Positions 55,225 through 64,000 of a stretch of DNA of 64,000 nucleotides are shown here, piece by piece. This DNA comes from Candidatus Micrarchaeia archaeon. GTDB taxonomy: Archaea > Micrarchaeota > Micrarchaeia > CABMEP01. The first letter of the stretch is position 1; each line of letters begins with the position of its first letter. The notes below the pieces were generated by a model, which was given only the letters and a program-made list of their open reading frames with translations, did no database searches and had not been told where the DNA came from. The stretch lies in assembly GCA_038886535.1 (NCBI GenBank), contig JAVZXS010000002.1:6673-70672 (forward strand). Reading direction: 5' to 3'. A program made the translations under genes and the position numbers.

Positions 55225-56361
55225 CTATCTTTTCTCATTTTCAGTCAAGAGTTGATTGTATATCTCTATGTGTCTTTTCAGTGTTTTTTCTATTGAGTGC
55301 TCCTTTGCCATCTTTACTGCATTCTTTGACAATCTTTCTCTGTTTTTTATGCATTTTATTACTGCCTCTGCACATCCCTTAACATCATGCGGCTTAAAGA
55401 GATAACCATTGTAATCATCCTTTACAAGATCTGGTATTGCAAGATAATCTGCACCTGCAACAGGTAATCCACATGCAAGTGCTTCAAGGCAGGAAAGGCC
55501 CTGTGTTTCAAACATAGAAGGAAATGCAAATACATCAGCATTATGATAAAATTCAACTATATCTTTATGCTTTACTCCGCTAATGAATATGAATATATCC
55601 TCTACCTTATTTTTCTTTACTAATTCTTTGTATTTTTGTTCCATAGGTCCGCTTCCCACTATTATAAAAAACGCATTCTTTATTTCTTTTCTAATAATAG
55701 GTGCAGCTTTGATTAGCACCTCAAGATTCTTTTCTTTCACCAGTCTTCCAGTGTAGAGTATAACTGTTTTATCTAGCCACATTTTCTTTTTACCAGGTTT
55801 GAACCTTTTAAGATCAATTCCATTTGAAATTGCTTCAACATTTTTTATTCCATTCCTTATGCATTCTTTTTTCATATATTCGCTAGGAACAATGACTTTA
55901 TCACATTGATTATAATACCATCTAAGATATCTCCATGCAACACTCTTCATTATCTTCTGCATTGGCTTGATCGGAGCTATGTAATGAGTCGCCTCCTGGA
56001 TATTTGTATGGAGAGTTCCTACAAGAGGCTTTTTGAGAATGCTTGCTGCATAAAGCGCTGCTAAACCCATTGGACCCATCCCGTGTGAATGTATGACATC
56101 AATCTTTTCTTTTCTAACTATTTCTTCTGCATCCGGATATGGGAATATAGCAAGCTTGTATGTAGGATAGGGAATGAATTCTATTGATGGAAAGATATAT
56201 GCATCATCTTTTCTTCTTCTCTTTTTAACTTCAGGCGTTCCTGCTGCAAATACTACTATTTTATTCCCTAGTTTCTCCAGCCTTTCTTTTATATTTGTTA
56301 TAGCAACAACAACACCATCAACATTAGGATACCAAGTTTCTGTAAAGAATGCAATTCTCAT
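55225..56361 (-). CDS. Glycosyltransferase family 4 (GT-B)
   Basis: MRIAFFTETWYPNVDGV N-terminus. C-terminal FPSMFETQGLSCLEALACGLPV (E-x7-E). Confidence 0.85.
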   Translation of the reverse strand: MRIAFFTETWYPNVDGVVVAITNIKERLEKLGNKIVVFAAGTPEVKKRRRKDDAYIFPSIEFIPYPTYKLAIFPYPDAEEIVRKEKIDVIHSHGMGPMGLAALYAASILKKPLVGTLHTNIQEATHYIAPIKPMQKIMKSVAWRYLRWYYNQCDKVIVPSEYMKKECIRNGIKNVEAISNGIDLKRFKPGKKKMWLDKTVILYTGRLVKEKNLEVLIKAAPIIRKEIKNAFFIIVGSGPMEQKYKELVKKNKVEDIFIFISGVKHKDIVEFYHNADVFAFPSMFETQGLSCLEALACGLPVAGADYLAIPDLVKDDYNGYLFKPHDVKGCAEAVIKCIKNRERLSKNAVKMAKEHSIEKTLKRHIEIYNQLLTENEKR

Positions 56362-56517
56362 ATCTCCACCTATCTAAATCCTCATTTTTCCATCATTATT
56401 TTTTCCATCCTTATTATTTCTCCACCAATTTATTGTATAGGTTTTGTTGCACAATTTTATTTTATTTATACTTATTTTGTTGTTTACACAAATTATACAT
56501 TCTATTAACTGTTTTTA

Positions 56518-58446
56518 TTACTGTTTATTGATCATCTCCATTACTTCTTGTGGGTCAATATTTAATCTATACTTAGCCATTAATCTTTGAATTTCTTTTG
56601 CACTTTTTATTCCTTCTTTTTCTATTATCTCCTTTAATTTTTCTCCAGATATGCGCATGAGTTTAGCACTTGAAATGATTTCTTCTATTTCTTCAATGTC
56701 TTCTCCTATCTCTTGTTTTTTCTCTGCAACTAGCTTCAGCACTTCAGGTATTGCTGCCTTTGTTATTTTTTCATCTCTGTAAAGAATGAGTATCATCTTT
56801 ATTTTTTCTTCGCTCAATGAATTTACATCTACACCTTCTCTTCTTAGTGATTTAATTGTGTCTTCGCAAGTGACAGCAGCAACAGTAGGATTAACTCCCT
56901 CTTCTACAAGTTCAAGAAATAGATTCAATTTTTCAGATCTTATCATCTTTCCAGCCATCTCTGCATTCAGAAGAGATCTCACTCTCTCTTCTATTTCATT
57001 GAAAGATGGAAAGTTTTGGCTTTCAGCAATCATATCTTCAGTTATTCTTATGGGAGCAATGTCTGTTTCTGGATACATTCTTGCAGATCCAGGCAAAGGT
57101 CTCATGTAATGCGTTTTACCTTGCAAATCCGCTCTTCTTGTCTCTTCAGGAACATTGGTTGCGTATGCTCGCTTGAAAACAAGCTTCAATGCAGAGATGC
57201 ATTGTTCCTTTTCTCCAACTACAATTATCCATCCATCATCATGATCAAGTTTTAACAAATTTGCTATCTCTCCGATTTCATTTCTAATATTATATTTATC
57301 TATATTCTCATCAGAATGAATTATTCCTCCGAGACCCTGCGTTTTTGCATAGTCACTGAGTTCGCTCCCATATCTATAATCAGGATAAAGCTCGATTCCA
57401 AACACTCCTTTCATTCCTGGCAGTTTAATTGCAAATACAGATTTTCCGCTTTCAACTGCTTTCTTTATCATTTTGCTTCCTGTATTTGCGAAGAAGTGCG
57501 TCACATCTTTTATTTCCTTTTCTATTTTCTTATCTGCTTCTTCAGGATCTCCTTCGATAATATGACTTACTTCTTTATGTTTGCTTAGTATACTCTTTAT
57601 CTTTTCACATATCTCTATCAGCTTGCTTTGCCGTTTTATTTCATTTTCAACAACTGTTTCTATCAGTTCTAATTCCTGAACTCCTTTTATTTCAACTCTT
57701 GCTCCCCCAGGAATAGAGATGTTGAGGTCTTGTCTTATTGTTCCTATTCCTCTCATCATTTTTCCCGTGGATCTTAGCATTAGTCCTATTCTCTCTGCAA
57801 CCAATCTTGCTTCTTTTCCGCTCTTTATGTCTGGGGTTGTAGCAATCTCAACAAGAGGAATGCCAAGTCTATCAAGTCTGAAGCTTTCTATCTCTCCTTT
57901 CTGCTCTCCTATTATTCCGCAGCTTTCTTCTTCTATTGCTATTGTTTGTATTCCTATCTCCTTTTCACTTTTTTCTTGTACGTTTGCATCTTTGTTTTCT
58001 TTAATATCTTCTTCATTAATTTCATATCTCAATTTTCCATTCATTCCAAATATTGCAGTTCTTTGGAATCCAGATGTGTTAGATCCGTCGATTACTGTTT
58101 TCCTCATTACATGTATCTCATCTACAATCTCTGCTTCAAACATATTGCAGATCATCAATCCAAGTAATATTGCTTCTTTATTCATATCATGTGGTGGCTC
58201 ATCATCTGTCTCAACCAAACAGCATGTATCTTTGTAAAAATCATATCTGTGTAAAGGCGCTTTCTTTGATTCAAAAAGAGCAGCAGGGTCTACTTGTCCG
58301 AGTTCACTTGGAACTGCATGAAGCTTTCTTCTCAGCTCTCTTGTCTTTTCTTCATTTCCTTTAGTACTACAGCTGCAGAATAGCTTATTTTTTGTTGCAA
58401 GCCTTTGATGTAGTTCCAATCCTATCTTAATTCCTTCAATTCCCAT
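56518..58446 (-). CDS. gatE: Glutamyl-tRNA(Gln) amidotransferase subunit E
   Basis: IGLELHQRL...KLFCSC N-terminus. Archaeal GatE length with an inserted domain. Directly downstream of gatD. Confidence 0.95.
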   Translation of the reverse strand: MGIEGIKIGLELHQRLATKNKLFCSCSTKGNEEKTRELRRKLHAVPSELGQVDPAALFESKKAPLHRYDFYKDTCCLVETDDEPPHDMNKEAILLGLMICNMFEAEIVDEIHVMRKTVIDGSNTSGFQRTAIFGMNGKLRYEINEEDIKENKDANVQEKSEKEIGIQTIAIEEESCGIIGEQKGEIESFRLDRLGIPLVEIATTPDIKSGKEARLVAERIGLMLRSTGKMMRGIGTIRQDLNISIPGGARVEIKGVQELELIETVVENEIKRQSKLIEICEKIKSILSKHKEVSHIIEGDPEEADKKIEKEIKDVTHFFANTGSKMIKKAVESGKSVFAIKLPGMKGVFGIELYPDYRYGSELSDYAKTQGLGGIIHSDENIDKYNIRNEIGEIANLLKLDHDDGWIIVVGEKEQCISALKLVFKRAYATNVPEETRRADLQGKTHYMRPLPGSARMYPETDIAPIRITEDMIAESQNFPSFNEIEERVRSLLNAEMAGKMIRSEKLNLFLELVEEGVNPTVAAVTCEDTIKSLRREGVDVNSLSEEKIKMILILYRDEKITKAAIPEVLKLVAEKKQEIGEDIEEIEEIISSAKLMRISGEKLKEIIEKEGIKSAKEIQRLMAKYRLNIDPQEVMEMINKQ

Positions 58447-58463
58447 TCTATCCCCAGTTTAAT

Positions 58464-59768
58464 TCATTCTTCATTTCTCTCAGTTATTTCTCCAGCAATG
58501 TTTGTTTCCATTATTTTCTTCACTTCATCTACACTTTGAGCATGAGCTAATGCATACATAAGTTTGACAAATGCAGCCTCAGGAGTCCAATCCATTAGAT
58601 GGCCTATTACTCCTGCTTCTTTCATCAGTCTTCCAGTTTCATAAACATTAAGATTCAATCTTCCATTTATTGTTTGCGAAGAGATTACAATAGGCTTTTT
58701 GCTTGAATATTTCTTTATCACTTCAATCATTCCGGTGGATACATGGCCAAGCCCAGTTCCAACCAGCACAATCCCATCATGCTTTTCAATTATGTGTTCA
58801 AGAATCTCTTTTTTCATTCCAGGATAGAAATAAGCAAGAGCTACATTCCTGTTTAATTCTGTATCTAAAATGAATTTATTTTCTCCTCTTCTTACATATC
58901 TTGAAAGTATTTCTATTCTATCTTCATCAGGCCATATCTTAGCTATAGGAGAAGAATTTATGCTTTTGAAGGCATCTCTTCTGCTTGTATGCATCTTTCT
59001 TGCCTTTGTTCCTCTATGAAGATAGCAGTAATCATCATTTTCTGTTCCATGCATGCAGATTGTTATCTCTGCAATATCACTTTCAGCTGCAAGAATTGCA
59101 GCCATCAAATTCATCATATTGTCAGATGATCCCCTATCGCTGCTTCTTTGAGCACCAACCAAGACTATAGGAACAGGAGTTTTTATCATGTAAGAAAGTG
59201 CAGCAGCAGTATAATGCATAGTATCAGTTCCATGCATCAATACAATTCCTTTGCATCCCTTTTCTATTTCATCTTTTATAGCATTTCCTATTTCAATCCA
59301 ATGGTCTGGTGTTATATTTTCAGAAAGAATTGAGAAAAGCATCTTGGTTCTAATTTTCTTATTCTTAAGCTGTGGGAAAGACTCTACTAATTCTTCGCTT
59401 GTTATTGCAGGGTGCACTGCTCCTGTTTTATATTCTATTTTAGAAGCAATCGTGCCACCGCAACCAAGTATTACTATCTCTTCATTAGGATCAGTTGTTT
59501 CCTTTTTTTCTTCTATATGTTCTTTATTCTCTTTTTTTATTTCTGTAATTTCTGTTTTTTCTATCTTTTCTATGTCCATTATTCTGTTGACTTCTATTCC
59601 TATATTGTATCCATTTGTAAGCTTGAGTATGAGGCATTCGTTATCTCCGTATCCTATTCTCGGCATTATTCTTCCTTTATATTCATTCTTTTCAGTCTTT
59701 AGCAGAACCAGATCTCCTTCTTTTAGGCCTTTGTATTCTAATATTTTTCTTATATTCTCTCCATACAT
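58464..59768 (-). CDS. gatD: Glutamyl-tRNA(Gln) amidotransferase subunit D
   Basis: Asparaginase-like motifs LGCGGTIAS and VLMHGTDTMHYTAAALS. Confidence 0.95.
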   Translation of the reverse strand: MYGENIRKILEYKGLKEGDLVLLKTEKNEYKGRIMPRIGYGDNECLILKLTNGYNIGIEVNRIMDIEKIEKTEITEIKKENKEHIEEKKETTDPNEEIVILGCGGTIASKIEYKTGAVHPAITSEELVESFPQLKNKKIRTKMLFSILSENITPDHWIEIGNAIKDEIEKGCKGIVLMHGTDTMHYTAAALSYMIKTPVPIVLVGAQRSSDRGSSDNMMNLMAAILAAESDIAEITICMHGTENDDYCYLHRGTKARKMHTSRRDAFKSINSSPIAKIWPDEDRIEILSRYVRRGENKFILDTELNRNVALAYFYPGMKKEILEHIIEKHDGIVLVGTGLGHVSTGMIEVIKKYSSKKPIVISSQTINGRLNLNVYETGRLMKEAGVIGHLMDWTPEAAFVKLMYALAHAQSVDEVKKIMETNIAGEITERNEE

Positions 59769-59828
59769 GCAACTACCTGTTTTTCATTCAAAGATCAATT
59801 AAAAGTAAAAAATAATTAAGAAATAGAA

Positions 59829-60656
59829 TCAGCCGAATACGTATCCTACTATTCCCATAAAGGTGTATAATGGTTCAAGTGTTAATGGGAATATCAATAT
59901 TCCATTCTTTGTTGCCTTTATGTCTCCTATAACATCGGATTTGACAGTAAGCTCAACATCATATGTATGCTTGAGTCTTTCACTTGAGATTGATTTTACT
60001 ATAATAGTTGGCTTGTATTCCTTTTCCTCGTTTACTGCAATCTCATAGAATGTGTTTACAGTTTGTCCTGCTGCCACATGTATGCTCTTTTTCATATTCC
60101 ATGCAGGTACTCCTTCAGAATATATTTCAAAAACATCATTCGCAGCTCCTTTGTTCTCTATTTTTATAGGATATCTTGCAGGCTGGCCAACACCAGTTGT
60201 TATTCCAACTGTTGGCATGCCTGTTTTCATTACATCTCTGCTTATCTTCACTCTTCCGAAAAAAATTACTCTCCCAAGTCCTTGCTTTGCTTCACAAACT
60301 TCATTTTTATCTTCACATTCTGTAAGTATAAGCTTAACAATGTATGTTCCATCCGGAGCATTAGGGTCTGCTTTGATCGTAGCCCTCATGTTTTTTGCAT
60401 AAACCATGCTGTCGAATCCTTGCCATCCATTAGGCACTTCCAGTACACCCAGTACACCCCAGTTTGCTTCAAGTCCGCCCTTTCCTATGTCAGTACCTTT
60501 TACAGTAATTGCTAGTGTCTGACCTGGACCTATTGTTCCAAGGTCGACTGTTTCGCCTTCAGAAACAGTTGCAACAACTGGTTCAAGTATCTTTACAGAA
60601 GATGAAAACACTGCACCGATTAATAATAATGCAAACAGAATAGATACTTTCTTCAT
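59829..60656 (-). CDS. Secreted Ig-like (CARDB/NEW3-like) protein with a C-terminal TM anchor
   Basis: Signal peptide. PARYPIKIENKGAANDVFEIYSEGVPAWN resembles CARDB/NEW3 strands. Hydrophobic C-terminus. Confidence 0.45.
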   Translation of the reverse strand: MKKVSILFALLLIGAVFSSSVKILEPVVATVSEGETVDLGTIGPGQTLAITVKGTDIGKGGLEANWGVLGVLEVPNGWQGFDSMVYAKNMRATIKADPNAPDGTYIVKLILTECEDKNEVCEAKQGLGRVIFFGRVKISRDVMKTGMPTVGITTGVGQPARYPIKIENKGAANDVFEIYSEGVPAWNMKKSIHVAAGQTVNTFYEIAVNEEKEYKPTIIVKSISSERLKHTYDVELTVKSDVIGDIKATKNGILIFPLTLEPLYTFMGIVGYVFG

Positions 60657-60685
60657 AACATTACCTCTTTTTTGGTCAAAGAATT

Positions 60686-60730
60686 CATTCGAATATTACG
60701 CATTTGAATATTAATATTTGAATTAATATT
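60686..60730. repeat. Three degenerate copies of CATTYGAATATTA in the divergent promoter between 59829-60656(-) and pilin paralog 4
   Basis: CATTCGAATATTA at 60686-60698, CATTTGAATATTA at 60701-60713, and TATTTGAATTAATATT at 60715-60730. Confidence 0.7.
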
Positions 60731-60831
60731 TATGTATTAAATATTCATTCCTTAGAAAACTTTATAAATTAATAGTTTAAATATGTTTTTAAAGAAATTA
60801 ATATAATATCGAAATATGTTGGTGATTTCAT

Positions 60832-61188
60832 ATGAGAAAATTATTTACTATTGTTTTTTTGTCATTAATTTTTAGTATAGTATTTGCACAGTCAACAACA
60901 TCCACTACAAGTTCGTCAAGTGAAAAAATTAAAGATGCTATTTGTGCAGTTTATGATTTATTAAATGGTTTGCTTCCAGTTATAGCATTTGTTCTCTTTG
61001 TTCTTGCTGGTGTTGCATATGCAGCAGGAAATTTCTTTGGAGCTGAGATGAGGGCAAAGGCAACAGGCTGGGCAATGAATATGATAACTGGAGCAATAAT
61101 TGCATTGATTTTGTCTGCAGTAGGCCCATCGATATTAAGTTATCTCTATCAAGGTGAAGGCAGTATAAATGCAGATTTATGTTCTTAA
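60832..61188 (+). CDS. VirB2/TrbC-like pilin paralog 4 (satellite copy)
   Basis: Signal ends ...SIVFAQ. Core is LLPVIAFVLFVLAGVAYAAGNFFGAEMRAKATGWAMNMITGAIIALIL, nearly identical to paralogs 1-3. 2 Cys (AICAV, DLCS). Confidence 0.6.
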   Translation: MRKLFTIVFLSLIFSIVFAQSTTSTTSSSSEKIKDAICAVYDLLNGLLPVIAFVLFVLAGVAYAAGNFFGAEMRAKATGWAMNMITGAIIALILSAVGPSILSYLYQGEGSINADLCS

Positions 61189-61213
61189 GCATGATTTTGT
61201 AAGGTGATTTGAT

Positions 61214-61633
61214 ATGGCATTTTCAAAGCAACAGGTAGGATATTTTGCATTCATCGCAGGACTTTTTGTAGCTGCATTTGTTGCAGTTGCATATCCAGCA
61301 TTAATGCCGATCCATGTTTACTCATTAGGACTTCTCGGTATAATAATAGGATTGCTTAACATAGAAGCAAGAGAGGTATGGCCATACATCCTAGCAGCAG
61401 TTGCATTTCTTGTTGCATCAACAACATTCATGCAGACTATTGATGCATTGCCTGTAGTAAATCTTCTTCTTGAAAGATTCCTTAATGCATTGATATACAT
61501 TGTAGGGCCAGGTGTATTTGTAGTCTCATTAAGAATAATATACGAGGCAGCAAAGTCAAGAGAATCTCTTCCACACCCATTGAAAGAAGAAAAAACTGTC
61601 ACAAAGAAAGCTGAAAAGAAAAGAAAAAGATAA
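61214..61633 (+). CDS. Small 4-TM membrane protein with a Lys-rich tail
   Basis: Hydrophobic helices throughout. Starts 25 nt after pilin paralog 4. Confidence 0.5.
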   Translation: MAFSKQQVGYFAFIAGLFVAAFVAVAYPALMPIHVYSLGLLGIIIGLLNIEAREVWPYILAAVAFLVASTTFMQTIDALPVVNLLLERFLNALIYIVGPGVFVVSLRIIYEAAKSRESLPHPLKEEKTVTKKAEKKRKR

Positions 61634-61739
61634 CTAGTTTTTAGATTTTATTTTCCATTTCTTATTTTATCTTTAAAATTTTATTAAATAAATTTGTGAA
61701 TATTAAAAAAAGTTTTAAAATCAAATATCAAAAAATAAA

Positions 61740-62288
61740 TTATTCAGCTGATGGAGCAGTTCCGTAAACTTCATCAACTACCTCTACTTTATAAGATCCA
61801 GGCAGTTTTATTCTTGCTCTTCTGAAAGCCTCTTTTACATGTGGAAGATCTTTGTCCTGTACTCTTGCTGTGTATACAACAGTTCCTTCATATACTCTTG
61901 CAGCTCTATCAGAAGGCTTGCCCCATGCATGTTTCATTCCCTTCTGAATACGATCCGCTCCTGCTCCGAATACCATCTTAATTTCTCTTATAACATGGTG
62001 GGGTTGGACTCTCAAGAATAAATGATATTGTCCAGGTATTTTTGCTTCAAGATATTTGTTTGCAGCCTGTCTTGATGCTTCGAGTGCATTGTCTCTTATC
62101 TGAACTGGTTTTGTTGCAACAAGATCAACTCTCTTGGTATAATATCCTTTCTGATTACCCATTGAAGTAATTTGGATTGCATTGTGTGGCATTGATTTGA
62201 CATAACTCTTTCTTGGCTTTTTTATTGAGTATCTTGTCCATGCTTGTTTTTTGATTTCTCTTACAATTCTTCCAGGTCTTAATCCCAT
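61740..62288 (-). CDS. rpl10e: 50S ribosomal protein L10e (uL16)
   Basis: MGLRPGR N-terminus, GADRIQKGMKHAWGKP, ~180 aa. The ATG at 62288 is preferred to the GTG at 62297. Confidence 0.9.
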   Translation of the reverse strand: MGLRPGRIVREIKKQAWTRYSIKKPRKSYVKSMPHNAIQITSMGNQKGYYTKRVDLVATKPVQIRDNALEASRQAANKYLEAKIPGQYHLFLRVQPHHVIREIKMVFGAGADRIQKGMKHAWGKPSDRAARVYEGTVVYTARVQDKDLPHVKEAFRRARIKLPGSYKVEVVDEVYGTAPSAE

Positions 62289-62417
62289 AAATAACACCTT
62301 GAATAAAATTCATCCATCTCTGATAAAAACGAGACAGTAAATTATTTTATCAAATTAAATTTAAATATCTTTCTGTAATTAATTTATTGAGAAAAATAAA
62401 TATTAAGCGACCAATTA

Positions 62418-62453
62418 GAAACATTAGATTTAAATGAAACATTAGATTTAAAT
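62418..62453. repeat. Perfect 18-nt tandem duplication GAAACATTAGATTTAAAT x2 upstream of the LamG gene
   Basis: Read directly. Each copy carries a TATA-like TTTAAAT. It ends 35 nt before the ATG at 62489. Confidence 0.9.
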
Positions 62454-62488
62454 ATACAAATATTATATATTAAAATAACAGGTGTAGC

Positions 62489-64000
62489 ATGGCTTCTAAA
62501 GTTTCAAATATGGTTTTGTTTGCTTTCTTCTCTATTCTGTTTTTATTCCAGTTAGTATTAGCTCAATGTCCTTCTGGAATGGTTTCCTATTGGAAATTTG
62601 ATGAAGGAAGCGGAACAGTAGCTTATGATTTTGTAGGAGTAAATAACGGTACGCTTCTTTATGGCACTAATTGGATACAGGGTGTTGTGAATTCAGCTGT
62701 TAATTTCGATGGGATAAATGGTTATATCTCAGTTCCAACATCATCATCTCTTCAAAGTCCTGCGATAACAAATGAACTAACAATTGCTGCATGGGTGTAT
62801 CTTAGATCAATTCCTTCAGCAGAGATGTATATCGTATCCCACAACTATAGATTTTATGAATTCCGTATCGGTGCATGGGGTCAAACTCAATTATCTGCCT
62901 ATTTGGGAAATGGTACAAATCATGCGAATTATGAATCAGGATATTATGTTCCATTAAATCAATGGCACCATTATGTTGTTACTGCAAATGGAACTCATGT
63001 TAAATTTTATGTAGATGGAGTTCTAATAAAAACACTTACACAAACTTTACCTTTGGGTGTTTACAATACTCCTTTGTATATAGGAAGAAGATCACCAGTA
63101 GAATGGGATCCATTTAATGGAATGATTGATGAAGTTGCAATATTCAATAGAAGTTTGTCAGATTTAGAAATCCAACAATTATATGAGGCTTCTAACAGTG
63201 GAAGAGATTATTGTTCCATTTCAAATGTAAATCTTAATTTTATACCTTCAACTCCAGCCAACGGATCAACAATCTCAACTAACTACGTTGAAATCAATGC
63301 AACAATTGACATTTTGAATACATCAGCTAATTTAGATACATTCAAATTCAACTGGAACGGAACCAACTATAGCATTTATGACTCCTCTCTCGTCCTTGCA
63401 CTCAACTTCAATAACAATTCAGCAATCGGAGAATCAGGAACCAAAGTAGTTGACATCTCAAAATACAGCAATAATGGTACATGTACAAACATGGGATCTA
63501 CATGCAATTATACTTCAGGTAAATTCGGATCTGCAATCAGCTTTGATGGTGTGAATGACTATATAGAAATACCCAATTCAGCTTCATTAAATAGTTCTGA
63601 AAATATAACAATTGAAGGTTGGTTCTATTGGTTTGGCATGGGAGATTTACATCAATTCATAGTATCAAAGAGAGGTATAAATAATAGTTTTGTCGAGTAT
63701 CAGATTTCAATCTCGAATTATAGTAAATTAAGACCGTATATAAGTGTAGGAGGAAATATGGTATTTTTTGATTCAAATACTACAATAAGAACAAATACTT
63801 GGAATCATTTTGTAATGGTTTATAACACTACTCATCTAATGGTTTATCTTAATGGTAAATTAGATGGACAAAATTCAACATCATCTCCACGTTTGAAACT
63901 CAATAATCCAGTATGGATAGGAAGAAGAGCTACAACAGCTGATCTCGGCTTCAATGGTCTAATCGACGAAATCCGCATCTACAACCGTGCCTTATCAGCA
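62489..64000 (+). CDS. Secreted multi-LamG (Laminin_G_3 / concanavalin-like lectin) protein; partial, runs off the right edge
   Basis: Not in the ORF track because there is no stop. My translation is open for 504 codons. Signal peptide ...FQLVLAQ. Two LamG units end FNGMIDEVAIFNRSLSDLEIQQLY and FNGLIDEIRIYNRALSA. Confidence 0.75.
   Translation, partial: MASKVSNMVLFAFFSILFLFQLVLAQCPSGMVSYWKFDEGSGTVAYDFVGVNNGTLLYGTNWIQGVVNSAVNFDGINGYISVPTSSSLQSPAITNELTIAAWVYLRSIPSAEMYIVSHNYRFYEFRIGAWGQTQLSAYLGNGTNHANYESGYYVPLNQWHHYVVTANGTHVKFYVDGVLIKTLTQTLPLGVYNTPLYIGRRSPVEWDPFNGMIDEVAIFNRSLSDLEIQQLYEASNSGRDYCSISNVNLNFIPSTPANGSTISTNYVEINATIDILNTSANLDTFKFNWNGTNYSIYDSSLVLALNFNNNSAIGESGTKVVDISKYSNNGTCTNMGSTCNYTSGKFGSAISFDGVNDYIEIPNSASLNSSENITIEGWFYWFGMGDLHQFIVSKRGINNSFVEYQISISNYSKLRPYISVGGNMVFFDSNTTIRTNTWNHFVMVYNTTHLMVYLNGKLDGQNSTSSPRLKLNNPVWIGRRATTADLGFNGLIDEIRIYNRALSA

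Noticed and set aside
1-64000. CRISPR arrays, rRNA operons, IS elements or transposases
   Set aside because: None found. The only repeats are 9-19-nt tandem or dispersed duplications with two or three copies, which is too short and too few for CRISPR. The only mobile genetic elements are the two inteins.

Overview
AT-rich, gene-dense archaeal chromosome segment with about 70 CDS, many of them translationally coupled. All family calls come from motif recognition by eye; no database search was run. Archaeal hallmarks: Topo VI B/A, RadA, FtsZ, SecE-Spt5-L11, L1-P0-P1, L10e, RtcB+archease, GatD/GatE, a pelota N-terminus at the left edge, and a tRNA-Asn with a canonical-position intron. The many surface proteins and the AMP-phosphorylase/ribose-1,5-bisphosphate-isomerase pair suggest a DPANN-like small-genome archaeon (inference). 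Notable content: (1) Two LAGLIDADG-type inteins, one in RtcB and one in the phosphate-binding loop of AMP phosphorylase. (2) Bacterial-type MEP-pathway genes ispG and ispH flanking a 1040-aa sequon-rich S-layer-like glycoprotein. (3) A KaiC-like / V4R / degenerate-KaiC / polytopic-membrane cluster. (4) An ArsR - thioredoxin::CcdA - permease - mini-thioredoxin operon. (5) The main candidate system, at about 47.3-55.1 kb just downstream of radA: an apparent operon of three tandem paralogous VirB2/TrbC-like pilin genes, a VirB4-type ATPase split into a VirB3-like-TM/N-domain ORF and a P-loop ORF, and three uncharacterised partners (a 2-TM protein, a coiled-coil wHTH protein, and an 873-aa bitopic giant). 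A fourth pilin paralog sits in a satellite locus at 60.8 kb. No relaxase, VirD4, integrase or VirB6-like gene is visible. The module therefore looks like a chromosomal, conjugation-derived (Ced/Ted-like) pilus or DNA/cell-contact apparatus rather than a mobile element. Short perfect tandem duplications (9-19 nt) recur in promoter-proximal intergenic DNA. No CRISPR arrays, rRNA genes or transposases were seen.
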